In this document: positions 52,350 to 63,526 of the stretch, one piece after another
Layout of the letters: every line of letters begins with the position of its first letter
Position numbering within the stretch: position 1 is the first letter of the stretch
Origin: Candidatus Bathyarchaeota archaeon
Lineage (GTDB): Archaea > Thermoproteota > Bathyarchaeia > Bathyarchaeales > Bathycorpusculaceae
Assembly (NCBI GenBank): GCA_963775465.1
Contig: CAVZIW010000006.1
Coordinates: forward strand, 1 to 64,000
DNA: 64,000 nt
Direction of reading: 5' to 3'
Position numbers and translations under genes: made by a program
Notes under the pieces: generated by a model
Seen by the model: only the letters and a program-made list of their open reading frames with translations
The model's database searches: none
What the model was told of the DNA's origin: nothing

Positions 52350-53465
52350 ATAGCAACAAAAAAAATCACCCAAGTACAAACCTTAACTTTCGCCCAACCA
52401 CCAGATGAATTAACCTTAGAATCAGGCGAAAAACTAGGACCTATAACGCTTGCCTACGAAACTTACGGAACCCTCAACACAGAAAAAAGCAATGCCATTT
52501 TGGTTTTACACGCGCTGTCAGGGGACTCTCGCGCTGCAGATCAAGGTGGCTGGTGGGAAAACTTAATCGGACCTGGAAAAGGCATTGATACAGACAAATA
52601 TTTTGTCATATGTAGCAACGTAATAGGAGGCTGCAGAGGATCTACAGGTCCATCTTCTGTCAATCCTCTCACTGGCAAACCATACGGTCTTAGTTTTCCT
52701 TTGATCAGTATCCACGATATGGTTGAAGCGCAAAGGCGTCTAGTCGATTTTTTAGGTATCGAAAATTTGCTTTCTGTTATCGGCGGTTCCATGGGTGGCA
52801 TGCAGGTCTTGCAGTGGATGGTTTCCTATCCCAAACGGATACGTTCAGCGATTCCAATCGCAACGACTCTAAAACATACGCCTCAGCAAATAGCCTTTAA
52901 CGAGGTTGGACGCCAAGCCGTAATGTCAGACCCTGATTGGAAAAACGGCGCCTACTATGGCTACTCGTCTCCAGCCAAGGGCTTAGCGTTAGCGCGAATG
53001 ATTGGACATATAACCTATATGAGTGACGTTTCTATGACGGAGAAGTTTGGCAGAAAAACCCGTCACGATAAGGAACCCTTCAAATTTAGCGCAGACTTCG
53101 AAGTAGAAGGCTACCTCCACTATAAAGGCGACAACTTTGTGAAACGTTTCGACGCCAATAGCTACCTCTACCTGACAAAAGCTATTGATAACTTTAACCT
53201 GCTTAACGGTCATGGAATAGCCAATATCTTTGAAGGTTTAAAGGCAAAAGTGCTAGTTTTAGCCTTCAAATCTGATTGGCTCTACCCTATATATCAAAGC
53301 CAAGAAATCGTAAGAGCCTGTAAACTATCTGGAGTCGAGGCAAGCTACTGCGAAATCAACAGTACCTATGGGCACGATGCTTTTCTCTTGGAGATAACAA
53401 AGGAAACGCAATTAATCGAGGGCTTTTTGAAAGCAGTATCCAACGGAAACGGTCAGCATCAATGA
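52350..53465 (+). CDS. metX: Homoserine O-acetyltransferase; apparent non-canonical ATA start
   Basis: [21 protein letters not shown]...[32 protein letters not shown]; conserved N-terminus extends 50 codons upstream of TTG 52500. Confidence 0.93.
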   Translation: MATKKITQVQTLTFAQPPDELTLESGEKLGPITLAYETYGTLNTEKSNAILVLHALSGDSRAADQGGWWENLIGPGKGIDTDKYFVICSNVIGGCRGSTGPSSVNPLTGKPYGLSFPLISIHDMVEAQRRLVDFLGIENLLSVIGGSMGGMQVLQWMVSYPKRIRSAIPIATTLKHTPQQIAFNEVGRQAVMSDPDWKNGAYYGYSSPAKGLALARMIGHITYMSDVSMTEKFGRKTRHDKEPFKFSADFEVEGYLHYKGDNFVKRFDANSYLYLTKAIDNFNLLNGHGIANIFEGLKAKVLVLAFKSDWLYPIYQSQEIVRACKLSGVEASYCEINSTYGHDAFLLEITKETQLIEGFLKAVSNGNGQHQ

Positions 53466-54058
53466 CTAAACAAACCCAAGTAATAGAACATAAAGTAATT
53501 TCGCGCTGGATTAATAGCGGAGCCAATGTTTTGGATTTAGGTTGCGGAGATGGCGAACTTTTATCTTTGCTGATAAGAAATAAGCACGTTCACGCGCAAG
53601 GAGTTGAACTCAGTGACCAAGCAATCAATACATGCGTTGCCGCTGGCTTGAATGTTTATCAACAAGACATCGATACGGGCCTAACTGAATACGCTGACAA
53701 AAGCATCGACTTTGTAATTCTAAATCAGACTCTCCAACAGGTAAGGAAACCTGATCTTGCCATAAAAGAAGCTTTACGAGTCGGAAAAAAAGTCATCGTT
53801 GGTTTTCCCAATTTCTGCTACATAACTGACCGTTTCTCGATTTTCTTTCGCGGAAAAGTCCCAGTCACCTCTTCATTACCCTATGAATGGTACGACACAC
53901 CAAACCTGCATTTTCTAAGCATAACAGACTTCAAAGAATACTGCAATAAAATCAACATAACCATAGAAGATCAAATTTTCATTTCAAAAAATCACACTAT
54001 CAGGATATTACCCAATCTATTTGCCGAAGTCGGGCTATTTCTACTTTCAAAACACTAA
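53462..54058 (+). CDS. metW: Methionine biosynthesis protein MetW
   Basis: [33 protein letters not shown]. Confidence 0.93.
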   Translation: MTKQTQVIEHKVISRWINSGANVLDLGCGDGELLSLLIRNKHVHAQGVELSDQAINTCVAAGLNVYQQDIDTGLTEYADKSIDFVILNQTLQQVRKPDLAIKEALRVGKKVIVGFPNFCYITDRFSIFFRGKVPVTSSLPYEWYDTPNLHFLSITDFKEYCNKINITIEDQIFISKNHTIRILPNLFAEVGLFLLSKH

Positions 54059-54173
54059 TACCCTTAAATCAACCCAAAATAAATTCACCGCTTTTCTAGC
54101 TAAAAAAGCATTAATACAGAAAAATAATAAATGTCCAATAGTGTTAGCTCTACTTTGAAGGAGACAAAATAGC

Positions 54174-55457
54174 GTGAAACTAATCTTTGTAGCAATCGAT
54201 GGAATGGGTGATTTACCAATTGAATCCTTGGGAAACAAAACACCTTTGGAAGCGGCGGAAACCCCCAACTTGGACTCGCTTGCTAAGAAGGGTAAAACAG
54301 GTTTGATGTATACAGTTAGGAAGGGTGTTGCTCCTGAGAGCGATGTTGCTGTCATTTCTCTTCTAGGTTATGACCCCTTCAAATACAGTACCGGAAGAGG
54401 TGTCATAGAAGCAGCAGGAGTTGGCTTAAAAATGAAGGACGGCGACTTAGCATTACGATGCAACTTTGCAACCTTAGGGCAGGGAAAAACCATACTGGAT
54501 CGGCGGGTAGCACGAAGCTTAAGCACTGAAGAAGCCTCAGAACTAACCCAAGCCGTAAACAGAGAAGTCAAATTAACCTCTTACCCTGCAACCTTCGAAT
54601 ATAGAAACACACTTGGTCATAGGGCAGTCCTTCTAATTAGGAGCAACGCTAATCCTCTTTCAAGCAATATAACCAATAGCGACCCAGCGTACATAATTAT
54701 AAATGGAATTGGCGTAGCAAAACCTGATGTGGAGATGGTTCTCAAAACTTGTGAGCCAACTGACAACACCGAGGCATCAAAAGTCTCTGCGGGACTTGTA
54801 AACGAGTTTATCGAAAAATCCCATCTGCTTTGGGAGAATCACCCAATAAATGAAAAGCGTGCAAAAGAAGGCAAATTAAAAGCTAACGTTGTCTTAACAC
54901 GTGACGCAGGGCACTTGCTCCCGAAATTCTTCAACATTAACAAGCGATATAACGTAAATTTCGCCGCGTTGGCAGACATGCATGCTGAACGAGGTATAGC
55001 CCAACTTGCGGGTATGGAGTCGTCTCTTCTTCCTCCTCCAACAGGTAATCTTCAGAAAGATTGTGAAGTTAGAGTCAAAGCCCTCCTTGAAGCTTTGCCA
55101 AAACATGATTGTTTCTACATCCACCTGAAAGGTCCCGATGAACCCGGACATGATGGCAACTGCCAATTAAAAACACAGGTCATTTCAGCCATAGACAAGT
55201 ATTTCTTTGGTCCTTTACTAAAGCAGATTACGCTTCAAGACAACCTCATATGTGTAACTACCGACCATGCAACACCTTGTGCGCTTAAAGTTCACAGCGA
55301 CACACCTGTTCCGGTACTGATTTCAGGAGATAGCTTCGGCACAAGTAGTACACATAAATTCTGTGAAAAGGAATGCGCAAAGGGCAGTCTTGGTATTATT
55401 GAGCGCGGATGCGAATTAATGCCCAAACTAATGGAGTTGCTGAAAACCGGTAATTAA
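54174..55457 (+). CDS. apgM: 2,3-BPG-independent phosphoglycerate mutase, archaeal type
   Basis: DGMGD, TPLEAAETPNLD, PESD, GYDP, ALRCNF, HLKGPDEPGHDG, TDHATP. Confidence 0.9.
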   Translation: MKLIFVAIDGMGDLPIESLGNKTPLEAAETPNLDSLAKKGKTGLMYTVRKGVAPESDVAVISLLGYDPFKYSTGRGVIEAAGVGLKMKDGDLALRCNFATLGQGKTILDRRVARSLSTEEASELTQAVNREVKLTSYPATFEYRNTLGHRAVLLIRSNANPLSSNITNSDPAYIIINGIGVAKPDVEMVLKTCEPTDNTEASKVSAGLVNEFIEKSHLLWENHPINEKRAKEGKLKANVVLTRDAGHLLPKFFNINKRYNVNFAALADMHAERGIAQLAGMESSLLPPPTGNLQKDCEVRVKALLEALPKHDCFYIHLKGPDEPGHDGNCQLKTQVISAIDKYFFGPLLKQITLQDNLICVTTDHATPCALKVHSDTPVPVLISGDSFGTSSTHKFCEKECAKGSLGIIERGCELMPKLMELLKTGN

Positions 55458-55529
55458 ACAATTAACCCCCGTCCCATTTATAGAAATATTCACTATGTAG
55501 CCTTTGACACAGCTTCTGTTTGGTTTACT

Positions 55530-56573
55530 TTACGGTGAATAAGGTGCATCTGTTAATTTCTCAACACCGTATTTTGTGACAAGAACTGTGTCCTCAATTC
55601 GAACTCCCCCAAATCCTGGTAGATAGACACCGGGTTCAACCGTTATCACGTTGCCTTTCTCCAAAATGTCTTTGCTGTCAGGACTTAAAATCGGGGCTTC
55701 ATGTACTTCTAATCCCACTCCATGACCAAGATTATGAACAAAAAAGTCACAGAAACCTGCCTCCTCAATAATCCGTCTAGCTGCCTGGTCAACTTCTTTT
55801 GCTGGAACACCAGGCTTAATGGATTCAATGGCGCTCTGCTGAGCTTTCTTGACTGTTTCAAAAATCTGAGTTTGTTTCTCTGAGTTTTTTCCAGCAATGA
55901 AGGTACGCGTGATGTCAGAGCGGTAGAAATGATAGCTTGCGCCTAAATCAACCACTACAAAATCACCATCCACAATCGTTTTTTCTTGGAAAGTGCCGTG
56001 AGGATAGGCACAACAAAAACCTGATGCGACAATAGTGTCAAAGGCTGTCCCGTCTGCTCCTGCTCTACGCATTGCATATTCGGCTTCAGCAGCGACCTCT
56101 TTCTCTTTTATGCCTGGTCGAATAGTTTCTGACGCTTTCTGTATGCCAATGTTTGCAAGTTTACAAGCTTGACGAATAAGTTGAATTTCTGTATTATCTT
56201 TTATTTTGCGAAGTTCTCGAATTTGTTTGCTCGCTATCTCAAGTTTTTCTTCTCCGCCAACTGCTTTGGCTAGGGCACGCCAACCTTCAATTTGCAGTGT
56301 ATCAACAGCAAATCTTTTACTCGAGGATTGTTTTGCAATTTTCTCCATTAGGATTTCTTCTCGTTTAATAAGTTCTACACTAACATCTTTTGCTTCAGCT
56401 TTTGCCTGTTCATAGTTAACACCATTAACATAAAGGACGTTGTCGCCTTTTTGAGGAATAAGAAGCGCTAAAGCCCCCGCAAAATTGCAAAAATAGGCCA
56501 TGTTAATTTGATTAAAGACAAGGAAGTCGGTTTGGTCGTTGACTTTCCCTTTCAAGCTGTTGATTCTCGTCAA
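55530..56573 (-). CDS. pepQ: Xaa-Pro peptidase (M24B)
   Basis: DLG...SDITRT, HNLGHGVGLEVHEAP, TVEPGVY...GGVRIED. Confidence 0.93.
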   Translation of the reverse strand: MTRINSLKGKVNDQTDFLVFNQINMAYFCNFAGALALLIPQKGDNVLYVNGVNYEQAKAEAKDVSVELIKREEILMEKIAKQSSSKRFAVDTLQIEGWRALAKAVGGEEKLEIASKQIRELRKIKDNTEIQLIRQACKLANIGIQKASETIRPGIKEKEVAAEAEYAMRRAGADGTAFDTIVASGFCCAYPHGTFQEKTIVDGDFVVVDLGASYHFYRSDITRTFIAGKNSEKQTQIFETVKKAQQSAIESIKPGVPAKEVDQAARRIIEEAGFCDFFVHNLGHGVGLEVHEAPILSPDSKDILEKGNVITVEPGVYLPGFGGVRIEDTVLVTKYGVEKLTDAPYSP

Positions 56574-56774
56574 TTCTTTCCCTATTTGAATGGTTAAGGT
56601 TAAATGGTTTAAGTTTTCGGTCTTTAAAGATTCTAAAATGGGTTGATTTTTGCGTTATGAATCATAAAACAGGTCGAAATTGAACCGCAATTCTTTGTAC
56701 CGACATTCCATTACGTTAATATACTTTTCCCGAGGAATAACTATCAATAAAAAGTACTTGAGGGAGAACAAAGA

Positions 56775-58688
56775 ATGTTTTCTTACGCAGGGAAAATTTT
56801 ACATGTAAACCTTACAACAGGAGAAACAAGAACTGAGTCATTGAGCGAAGAGATGGCTAAAAACTACATCGGCGGAATAGGCTTAGGCATACGCTTGCTA
56901 TTTGACAATTCAAAAGCCGGTACAGACGCTTATGACCCTGAAAACCCATTGATCTACTTGACTGGTCCACTTAGCGGCACCATGGGACCCACAGCTGGAA
57001 ACAGCTATGCTGTTGTATCTAAATCCCCCGCCACTGGCGGCATCGGTAACGGCGAAGCCCACGGCTTCTTTGGTCCAGACTTGAAGCGTGCGGGTTACGA
57101 CGCTGTAATAATCAAAGGCAAAGCACCCAAGCTATCCTACCTCTGGATTGACGATGACAAAGTTGAAGTACGAAACGCTGAACACCTAAGGAACAAAACT
57201 GTAAACGAAACCGATCACATGATTCGAGACGATCTCGGCGACTTTTACATCCGTGTATCAGCTATCGGCGAGGCAGGCGAAAAGCTCTGCCGTTTTGCAG
57301 CCATCATAAATGACGAGTTCCGCGCCATTGGACGAAGCGGCATGGGAGGCGTCATGGGCAGCAAGAACCTTAAAGCAGTAGCAGTTCGAGGAACACACGA
57401 TGTCAATGTTGCTAACTTGCCTGCCTTCATGGAATTCGTAAAGCTTATTCATGAACGTATGAAGGGTCCTGCAACCAAAAAATACAAAACGTTAGGTACC
57501 CCCGAAAACGTTTTAGTACTTAACTCGCTTGCAGCGTTGGCAACACGAAACTGGACAAACGCCACTTTTGAGGGCGCCGACAAAGTCAGCGGAGAATACC
57601 TAAATGAACATTACGTTAAGAAAGTCGTTGGCTGCGCTACATGCGGTATGCGCTGTGACCACATCGCAGTTGTGCCTGAGGGACCCTATAAAGGCTCAAC
57701 TTCACGTCTCGAATTCGAGTGCCTCTGGAGCATGGGACCCCTCTGCGGCGTAGATCGCTTAGATGCAGTTATCGAAGCTATGCGCATAGTGAACGAGTAC
57801 GGCATGGACGGCATTTCAATAGGCGTTGTTGTCGCTTTTGCGATGGATCTCTATGAGAACGGTGTAATTACCAAAGAACAAACAGATGGAATCGATCTTA
57901 AATTTGGCAACGCAGAAGCACTTATTGCCATTATTCACAAGATTGGTAAACGTGAAGGATGGCTCGGAAATATTCTTGCTGAGGGTGTCGCAAAGGCTGC
58001 GGAATTAATTGGCGGAGACGCTTACAAGTATGCGTGTCATATTAAAGGCTTGGAGCTTCCAGGATATGATCTGAGAACACTCAAGACTGCTGCACTTGGC
58101 TTTTCGGTTTCGTTCAGAGGTGCTTGTCACTTGCGAAACGGGGCATATTCGCCTGATGTTAAAGGCAAAGTTAACCGTTTCAAGATCGAAAAAGGCCGTG
58201 GAAAAATGATCACTGATGAGAGTAAAATGTACAACATTATTGACTCACTTATAGTTTGCAAATTCAGCAGAGGAACATACTACGATGGCTGGAAAGATCT
58301 TGCTAATTACTACACCTTAGCCACAGGTATTCCTATCACGCCCGAGGAAATGATGGCAGCTGGCGACCGGATCGAAAACCTCGCCCGACTCTTCAACATT
58401 CGCGAAGGCAAAGGCACAAGAAAATACGACGATGTCCCATACAAGATAAAGAACTTCCCAGTGCCTGACGAAGGACCAGCTAAGGGAGTTTGTGTTAACG
58501 ACGAAGAAATGCAAGTCGGCTTGGATGACTATTATGCTTCAAGAGGATGGACAGCTGACGGTATTCCAACAGTTGAACGTTTGCAGCAGTTAGGTTTAGG
58601 CAACTTAGCCTACATCGCTGAGGACGCAATGAAAGCTGCAAAAAAAGCCAAGCCTCAAGAGGCAGCTGCAACAGTTGGAGGTAACTAA
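56775..58688 (+). CDS. aor: Tungsten aldehyde:ferredoxin oxidoreductase family protein 1
   Basis: KSPATG, GRSGMGGVMGSKNLKA, CATCGMRC, GMDGIS, KGLELPGYD, RGACHL, DSLIVCKF. Confidence 0.95.
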   Translation: MFSYAGKILHVNLTTGETRTESLSEEMAKNYIGGIGLGIRLLFDNSKAGTDAYDPENPLIYLTGPLSGTMGPTAGNSYAVVSKSPATGGIGNGEAHGFFGPDLKRAGYDAVIIKGKAPKLSYLWIDDDKVEVRNAEHLRNKTVNETDHMIRDDLGDFYIRVSAIGEAGEKLCRFAAIINDEFRAIGRSGMGGVMGSKNLKAVAVRGTHDVNVANLPAFMEFVKLIHERMKGPATKKYKTLGTPENVLVLNSLAALATRNWTNATFEGADKVSGEYLNEHYVKKVVGCATCGMRCDHIAVVPEGPYKGSTSRLEFECLWSMGPLCGVDRLDAVIEAMRIVNEYGMDGISIGVVVAFAMDLYENGVITKEQTDGIDLKFGNAEALIAIIHKIGKREGWLGNILAEGVAKAAELIGGDAYKYACHIKGLELPGYDLRTLKTAALGFSVSFRGACHLRNGAYSPDVKGKVNRFKIEKGRGKMITDESKMYNIIDSLIVCKFSRGTYYDGWKDLANYYTLATGIPITPEEMMAAGDRIENLARLFNIREGKGTRKYDDVPYKIKNFPVPDEGPAKGVCVNDEEMQVGLDDYYASRGWTADGIPTVERLQQLGLGNLAYIAEDAMKAAKKAKPQEAAATVGGN

Positions 58689-58689
58689 A

Positions 58690-59205
58690 ATGGTTCGCCC
58701 CCAAGACCGAAAATTCGTAACAGCCGACCCAGAGAAATGTATCGGATGCTGTGTCTGCGAGTATGCCTGCAGCATGGTTAACGAGAACACCTTTAACCCC
58801 AACAAATCGCGTATAAGGGCCATGCGACTTGGTCCCCTAGTCAATTTAGCTGTAACCTGTCGCCACTGCGAAGACCCAGCATGTGTAGCCGCTTGTCCAA
58901 GAGATGCCTTGAAGCAAGAAGAAAACACAGGTATAATTCGGGTTGACGAGAACGCTTGCAACGGCTGTGGATGGTGTATTAGTGCATGCCAATTCGGTGC
59001 CATGAATATGCATCCAGACAAAAAAATCGTATTTACATGCAATAGCTGCACTGATAACGAAACCAAAGAACCCCAATGCGTTAAATGGTGTCCTGAGGAA
59101 GCCTTAACTTATGTCAGCGCAGAGACTTTGGCGCAGAAGTATCGTCAGAAAGCTGTCAAGAACCTCTTCCAAACCGTTGAAGAAGAAGCCAAAAAACAAA
59201 AATAA
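58690..59205 (+). CDS. 4Fe-4S dicluster protein (AOR partner)
   Basis: Four Cys clusters: CIGCCVC, CRHCEDPAC, CNGCGWC, CNSC. Confidence 0.93.
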   Translation: MVRPQDRKFVTADPEKCIGCCVCEYACSMVNENTFNPNKSRIRAMRLGPLVNLAVTCRHCEDPACVAACPRDALKQEENTGIIRVDENACNGCGWCISACQFGAMNMHPDKKIVFTCNSCTDNETKEPQCVKWCPEEALTYVSAETLAQKYRQKAVKNLFQTVEEEAKKQK

Positions 59206-59306
59206 AAACCCTCTTAGCGCTTTATAATGCGCTTAATGTTTTTCATTTTTTTATTGAATAAAAATCGATTATTCTTTTTTCTTTGGCTGGTGTCTTTATT
59301 TAGGTT

Positions 59307-59594
59307 TTAGCCGCCTGTCATTAACGCCATCAAAATGATGTTGTCACCGTTTTTTAGTGGTGTACTAGTGCCTTTGAGTTGGTCAATTAAAACTCCGTTA
59401 ATCATCGCAACAAACGTTGATTGCATCTCTTTCTTTTCGGGGTCATAGACCTCTTCTTTGAACTGTTTACCGTAGCTGTTGGCAATCTGGTTAAGCAACT
59501 GCTCCATTGATGCTCCTTCGTTTAGAGTGATTTCTTCTCGGCTCTTATTAGTGTAAGATTTTACTAGACTGATGTAATGTACGTTGACTTGCAT
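59307..59594 (-). CDS. MoaD/ThiS ubiquitin-like protein
   Basis: beta-grasp pattern with C-terminal TGG. Confidence 0.9.
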   Translation of the reverse strand: MQVNVHYISLVKSYTNKSREEITLNEGASMEQLLNQIANSYGKQFKEEVYDPEKKEMQSTFVAMINGVLIDQLKGTSTPLKNGDNIILMALMTGG

Positions 59595-59805
59595 ATTCTG
59601 GCGCTCCTGATATTGATAGTTTTTTGGCTCTGATATTTCTTTTTATTCTAAATTCGTTGTTTTCTCCTAAAAAATTGATGATTGTATCATGTTTTCAAAC
59701 TGTTTGGGAACCTAAATGGAGCCATGAGTTTTTCCCCGAATAACCCATTACCTTAATATATTGTTCGGCTCCCTAAATACTTCTTAAAATCTTGGAGGAA
59801 CAAGG

Positions 59806-61662
59806 TTGCTCGGATATGCAGGAAAAATCCTCTATGTTGATTTAACCACAGGCAAAACTCGCACAGAAAAACTAAGCGAAGATGACGCCAAAAAATATAT
59901 CGGCGGAATCGGTCTTGGTATGAAGCTCTATTTATCCAATTCAAAAGCGGGCGTTAATCCCCTTAGCTCTCAAAATCCACTTGTATTAGCCCTTGGACCT
60001 GTTTCTGGAACAATGTTTCCAACAGGTGGAAACGGACATGCCTTCATATCTAAATCGCCTGAAACAGGCGGTGTTGGTGAAGCTGTAAGCCACGGGACTT
60101 TTGGTGCAGAACTAAAACGTGCAGGTTACGATGCGGTGATTCTTACTGGCAAAGCAGAAAAACCTGTTTACCTCTGGATCGATGATGATGCAATCCAGTT
60201 GCTTGACGCCTCAAACGTATGGGGTAAATCACCATTCGAAACTGAAGATGCAATTAAAGGCGAAATCGGGGACTACTACGTCCGTGTAGCATCAATCGGT
60301 TTAGCAGGTGAAAAACAATCCAAAATCGCCTGCATAATTAACGAAAAAACTCGCGCCGCCGGAAGAACTGGGCTTGGCGCAGTTATGGGTAGCAAGAACC
60401 TTAAAGCCATCGCTGTCCGAGGCACCAATGACATAGTTGTTGCTAAACCAGAAGAATTCATTGAAATGGTTAAAGAATTTCATGAACGTATGAAGGGACC
60501 AGCGGCACAGAAATATCGGACACTTGGAACAGCAGGAAACTTGCTGATTCAAAATTCACTGTTCTGCTTGCCAACACGAAACGGAAATAACGCTTATTTT
60601 GAGAACGCCGAAAGAGTCAGTGGAGAAGCCCTAAACGACCGTTATATCGCAAAAATAATCGCTTGTAACTCGTGTGCTATGCGATGTGAACATGAAGCAG
60701 TCGTTCATGAAGGTCCATACAAAGGCACTCTTGCTCGAATGGAATACGACAACATCTGGGCTTTAGGACCGAATTGCGGTGTCGATAAATTAGATGCCAT
60801 AATTAAGGCAGCTGAACTTTGCAACTACTATGGTTTGGATGCGACAAGCACTGGTGTTGCAATCAGTTTTCTTATGGATTGCCACGAAAACGGAATCCTA
60901 AGTCATGAAGAATTAGATGGAATTGATGCACATTTTGGTAACGCAGATGCCTTGGTACAATTAGTTGAAAAAATTGGCAAACGCGAAGGAATTGGAGATA
61001 TTCTCGCTGATGGAGTCAAAGTGGCTGCGGGAAAGATCGGCAAAAATTCAATTCAACTTGCACAGCAGATAAAAGGCTTGGAAGTTCCGGGCTACGATTT
61101 ACGTTGTCTTAAAACAACCGCATTGAGTTTTGCAGTTTCGTTCCGCGGTGCAGACCATAATCGAAGTGGCGCTTACTCGATGGAATTGAAAGGCAAAGTT
61201 GATCGTTTGAAGGCTGAAAAGGGACGCGGAAAACTCGTTAAAGATGCAGAAGACATCTATGCACTAATTGATTCGCTGATTATCTGTAAGAATGCAAAAG
61301 GCACCCTCTATAAGAAAATTGAAGAAATGGCTAAACTCTACAATTTGGTTACAGGTATCGAAATGACTGCAGAGCAGTTAGGAATTGCAGCAGAGCGAAT
61401 AAGCACAATGGCTAAACTAATAAACATCCGCGAAGGCTTCGGTCGCAAAGATGACACCTTGCCGTGGAAAGTCATGAACCAGCCTATAACAGAAGAGGGT
61501 CCTGCAAAGGGTGCTGTTGTAACCCAAGAAGAGCTCGATTTGCTGCTAGACGATTATTATCAAGCCCGAGGCTGGAATGCTGATGGAATCCCAACCAAAG
61601 ATACACTTCAAAAGTTGGGTCTAGACGATTATCAACATATAACCCAGGGAAAAGAGGCTTAG
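59806..61662 (+). CDS. aor: Tungsten aldehyde:ferredoxin oxidoreductase family protein 2
   Basis: GRTGLGAVMGSKNLKA, CNSCAMRC, KGLEVPGYD, DSLIICK. Confidence 0.95.
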   Translation: MLGYAGKILYVDLTTGKTRTEKLSEDDAKKYIGGIGLGMKLYLSNSKAGVNPLSSQNPLVLALGPVSGTMFPTGGNGHAFISKSPETGGVGEAVSHGTFGAELKRAGYDAVILTGKAEKPVYLWIDDDAIQLLDASNVWGKSPFETEDAIKGEIGDYYVRVASIGLAGEKQSKIACIINEKTRAAGRTGLGAVMGSKNLKAIAVRGTNDIVVAKPEEFIEMVKEFHERMKGPAAQKYRTLGTAGNLLIQNSLFCLPTRNGNNAYFENAERVSGEALNDRYIAKIIACNSCAMRCEHEAVVHEGPYKGTLARMEYDNIWALGPNCGVDKLDAIIKAAELCNYYGLDATSTGVAISFLMDCHENGILSHEELDGIDAHFGNADALVQLVEKIGKREGIGDILADGVKVAAGKIGKNSIQLAQQIKGLEVPGYDLRCLKTTALSFAVSFRGADHNRSGAYSMELKGKVDRLKAEKGRGKLVKDAEDIYALIDSLIICKNAKGTLYKKIEEMAKLYNLVTGIEMTAEQLGIAAERISTMAKLINIREGFGRKDDTLPWKVMNQPITEEGPAKGAVVTQEELDLLLDDYYQARGWNADGIPTKDTLQKLGLDDYQHITQGKEA

Positions 61663-61665
61663 AAT

Positions 61666-62163
61666 ATGGTTAAGCTGCATGAGCGAAAATTCGTTTCAGC
61701 TGACCCTGAAAAATGTGTCGGATGCCAAATTTGTGAGTATGCCTGTTCCTTCAATAAAGAAAAAGTATTTAACCCTCTTAAATCTCGAATCCGTGTTGTT
61801 CGTGTAAACCAGCTGGCAAACATGGCAGTTACTTGTAGACTCTGCGAAGAACCAAGGTGTGTAGCAGCTTGTCCACGAGATGCACTTACCCAATCAAAAG
61901 AGACGGGAGCCATCGAATTAGACAAAGACAAATGTAACGGCTGTGGTTGGTGTGTGGAAGCTTGTGACTATGGCGCCATGATGATTCATCCGGAAACCAA
62001 AATTGTTTATGTCTGCGACTTGTGCAAAGATAACCCAGAAGGACCCCAGTGCGTTAAATGGTGCCCTGAAGAAGCCATAACCATAGTTACAAGTGACGTT
62101 TTGGCGCAAAAAGCTAGAATCAGCGCAATTAAGAAGCTCTTCCAAGAAAAAGAAGAGAAGTAA
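61666..62163 (+). CDS. 4Fe-4S dicluster protein (paralog of 58690)
   Basis: Same four Cys clusters. Confidence 0.93.
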   Translation: MVKLHERKFVSADPEKCVGCQICEYACSFNKEKVFNPLKSRIRVVRVNQLANMAVTCRLCEEPRCVAACPRDALTQSKETGAIELDKDKCNGCGWCVEACDYGAMMIHPETKIVYVCDLCKDNPEGPQCVKWCPEEAITIVTSDVLAQKARISAIKKLFQEKEEK

Positions 62164-62464
62164 GTTTTCTTACCTTACTTTTTGTTTTATTATCCTTGAT
62201 GTTGTTTTTTCGAGTTAAGATTCATTTTTTATGTTTTGTTTAATCGTGACCTACCCTTTGTCTTTTAGAAGACCTTCCATTTGAGAGCGTTTGTTTGGTT
62301 TACTCTCCGTATTTTAGTTTTGGTATCTTCTCTGTAAATGTCACAGAAGTGATAATGGGAGAGAAAAGTCAAGTCTATACTTCTGGTTAAACTTCAACAG
62401 ACTAAACTCAGTTGTTGGTCTAAGCAAAAACCTATTAATAACAACATTGGAACTACCATAAACC

Positions 62465-63268
62465 ATGCTTGATAAACTGCTAATCACAATAATCCTTGGT
62501 ATAATTCAAGGCTTATCGGAATGGCTTCCAATCTCCAGTACAGCGCATCTGAGAGTTGCCGAACACTTTTTTGGTTTCCAAGCAACACCGTTATTTAATG
62601 TTTTTCTCCATTTAGGAACATTGGGAGTTGTGATCTTCTACTTTAGACGCGACATTAAAATCATCCTTAAAGCTTTGGTTCATCGGGATTTTCATTCAGA
62701 GTATGGCAGATTCATCCCTTTAATTATAGTCGCTTCAATCCCCACCGGAATAATCGGCATACTCTACAGCAAGTATATTGCGGATTTCTACCAAACCCTC
62801 TTAATAATCGGCATAACCTTCCTAATCGGTGCTACCTTGTTAACTGTCTCCAAATACGGCAGAGAAAGTCAAAGCCCAATAAGCTATCGCAAAGCCCTAG
62901 TTATAGGGGTCGCCCAAGGTTTTGCCAGTTTTCCAGGTCTCTCCAGAAGCGGCTCAACAATATCCAGTGGGCTTCTGCTTGGAGCAAAAAGGGAAGTAAT
63001 TTTCAGGTTTTCTTTTCTACTCTCGATCCCAGCCATAATAGGCGACTTGGGCGTTGAAGCTTACTTGCAGGGAGGGACATTGGTTTCTGAAGGCGTTGGT
63101 ATCGATCCAATTAATCTTGTGATTGCATTAATGTTCACGGTGGTTTCAGGATACTTAGCTATTACACTTGTTAAGAAACTGGTTTTAAGTAACCGATTTC
63201 ATTATTTTGCTGCTTACACGTTTGCATTAGGCGTTATTTTGATAACTTTGGCACTTTTAGGCTTCTAG
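62465..63268 (+). CDS. uppP: Undecaprenyl-diphosphate phosphatase (BacA family)
   Basis: QGLSEWLPISSTAH, HLGT, PGLSRSGSTI, FSFLLSIP. Confidence 0.93.
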   Translation: MLDKLLITIILGIIQGLSEWLPISSTAHLRVAEHFFGFQATPLFNVFLHLGTLGVVIFYFRRDIKIILKALVHRDFHSEYGRFIPLIIVASIPTGIIGILYSKYIADFYQTLLIIGITFLIGATLLTVSKYGRESQSPISYRKALVIGVAQGFASFPGLSRSGSTISSGLLLGAKREVIFRFSFLLSIPAIIGDLGVEAYLQGGTLVSEGVGIDPINLVIALMFTVVSGYLAITLVKKLVLSNRFHYFAAYTFALGVILITLALLGF

Positions 63269-63343
63269 GAAACGCTATATGGCAAACCAAAATCAATAAA
63301 TACTTTTTTGGTAAAACCAGAGGTAATTCATGAGGGATGATTT

Positions 63344-63526
63344 TTGTCAGGCGAATTTGAAAACCAAATAAAAAAAATAACCGATAGCGAGTCGGCGCAA
63401 AAAATAATAGATTTAATTACTGCAGCTGGACAAGAATTTCCTTGCTTGACCTGCCCTTCTAATGCAGAGTGTGGTAGCTTTAAATGGTTTATCAAATGGT
63501 TTGGAAAGATCGATACTAATCCCTAA
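63344..63526 (+). CDS. Small Cys-containing hypothetical protein
   Basis: 60 aa, FPCLTCPSNAEC..FKWF.KWFG. Confidence 0.6.
   Translation: MSGEFENQIKKITDSESAQKIIDLITAAGQEFPCLTCPSNAECGSFKWFIKWFGKIDTNP

Noticed and set aside
59214-59236. TTAGCGC...GCGCTTAA as another copy of the island palindrome
   Set aside because: It is a spaced hairpin between convergent genes, more likely a terminator.
62465-63268. Bacterial-type uppP in an archaeon as a novelty
   Set aside because: BacA-family genes are already known in archaea, plausibly for lipid-carrier recycling.
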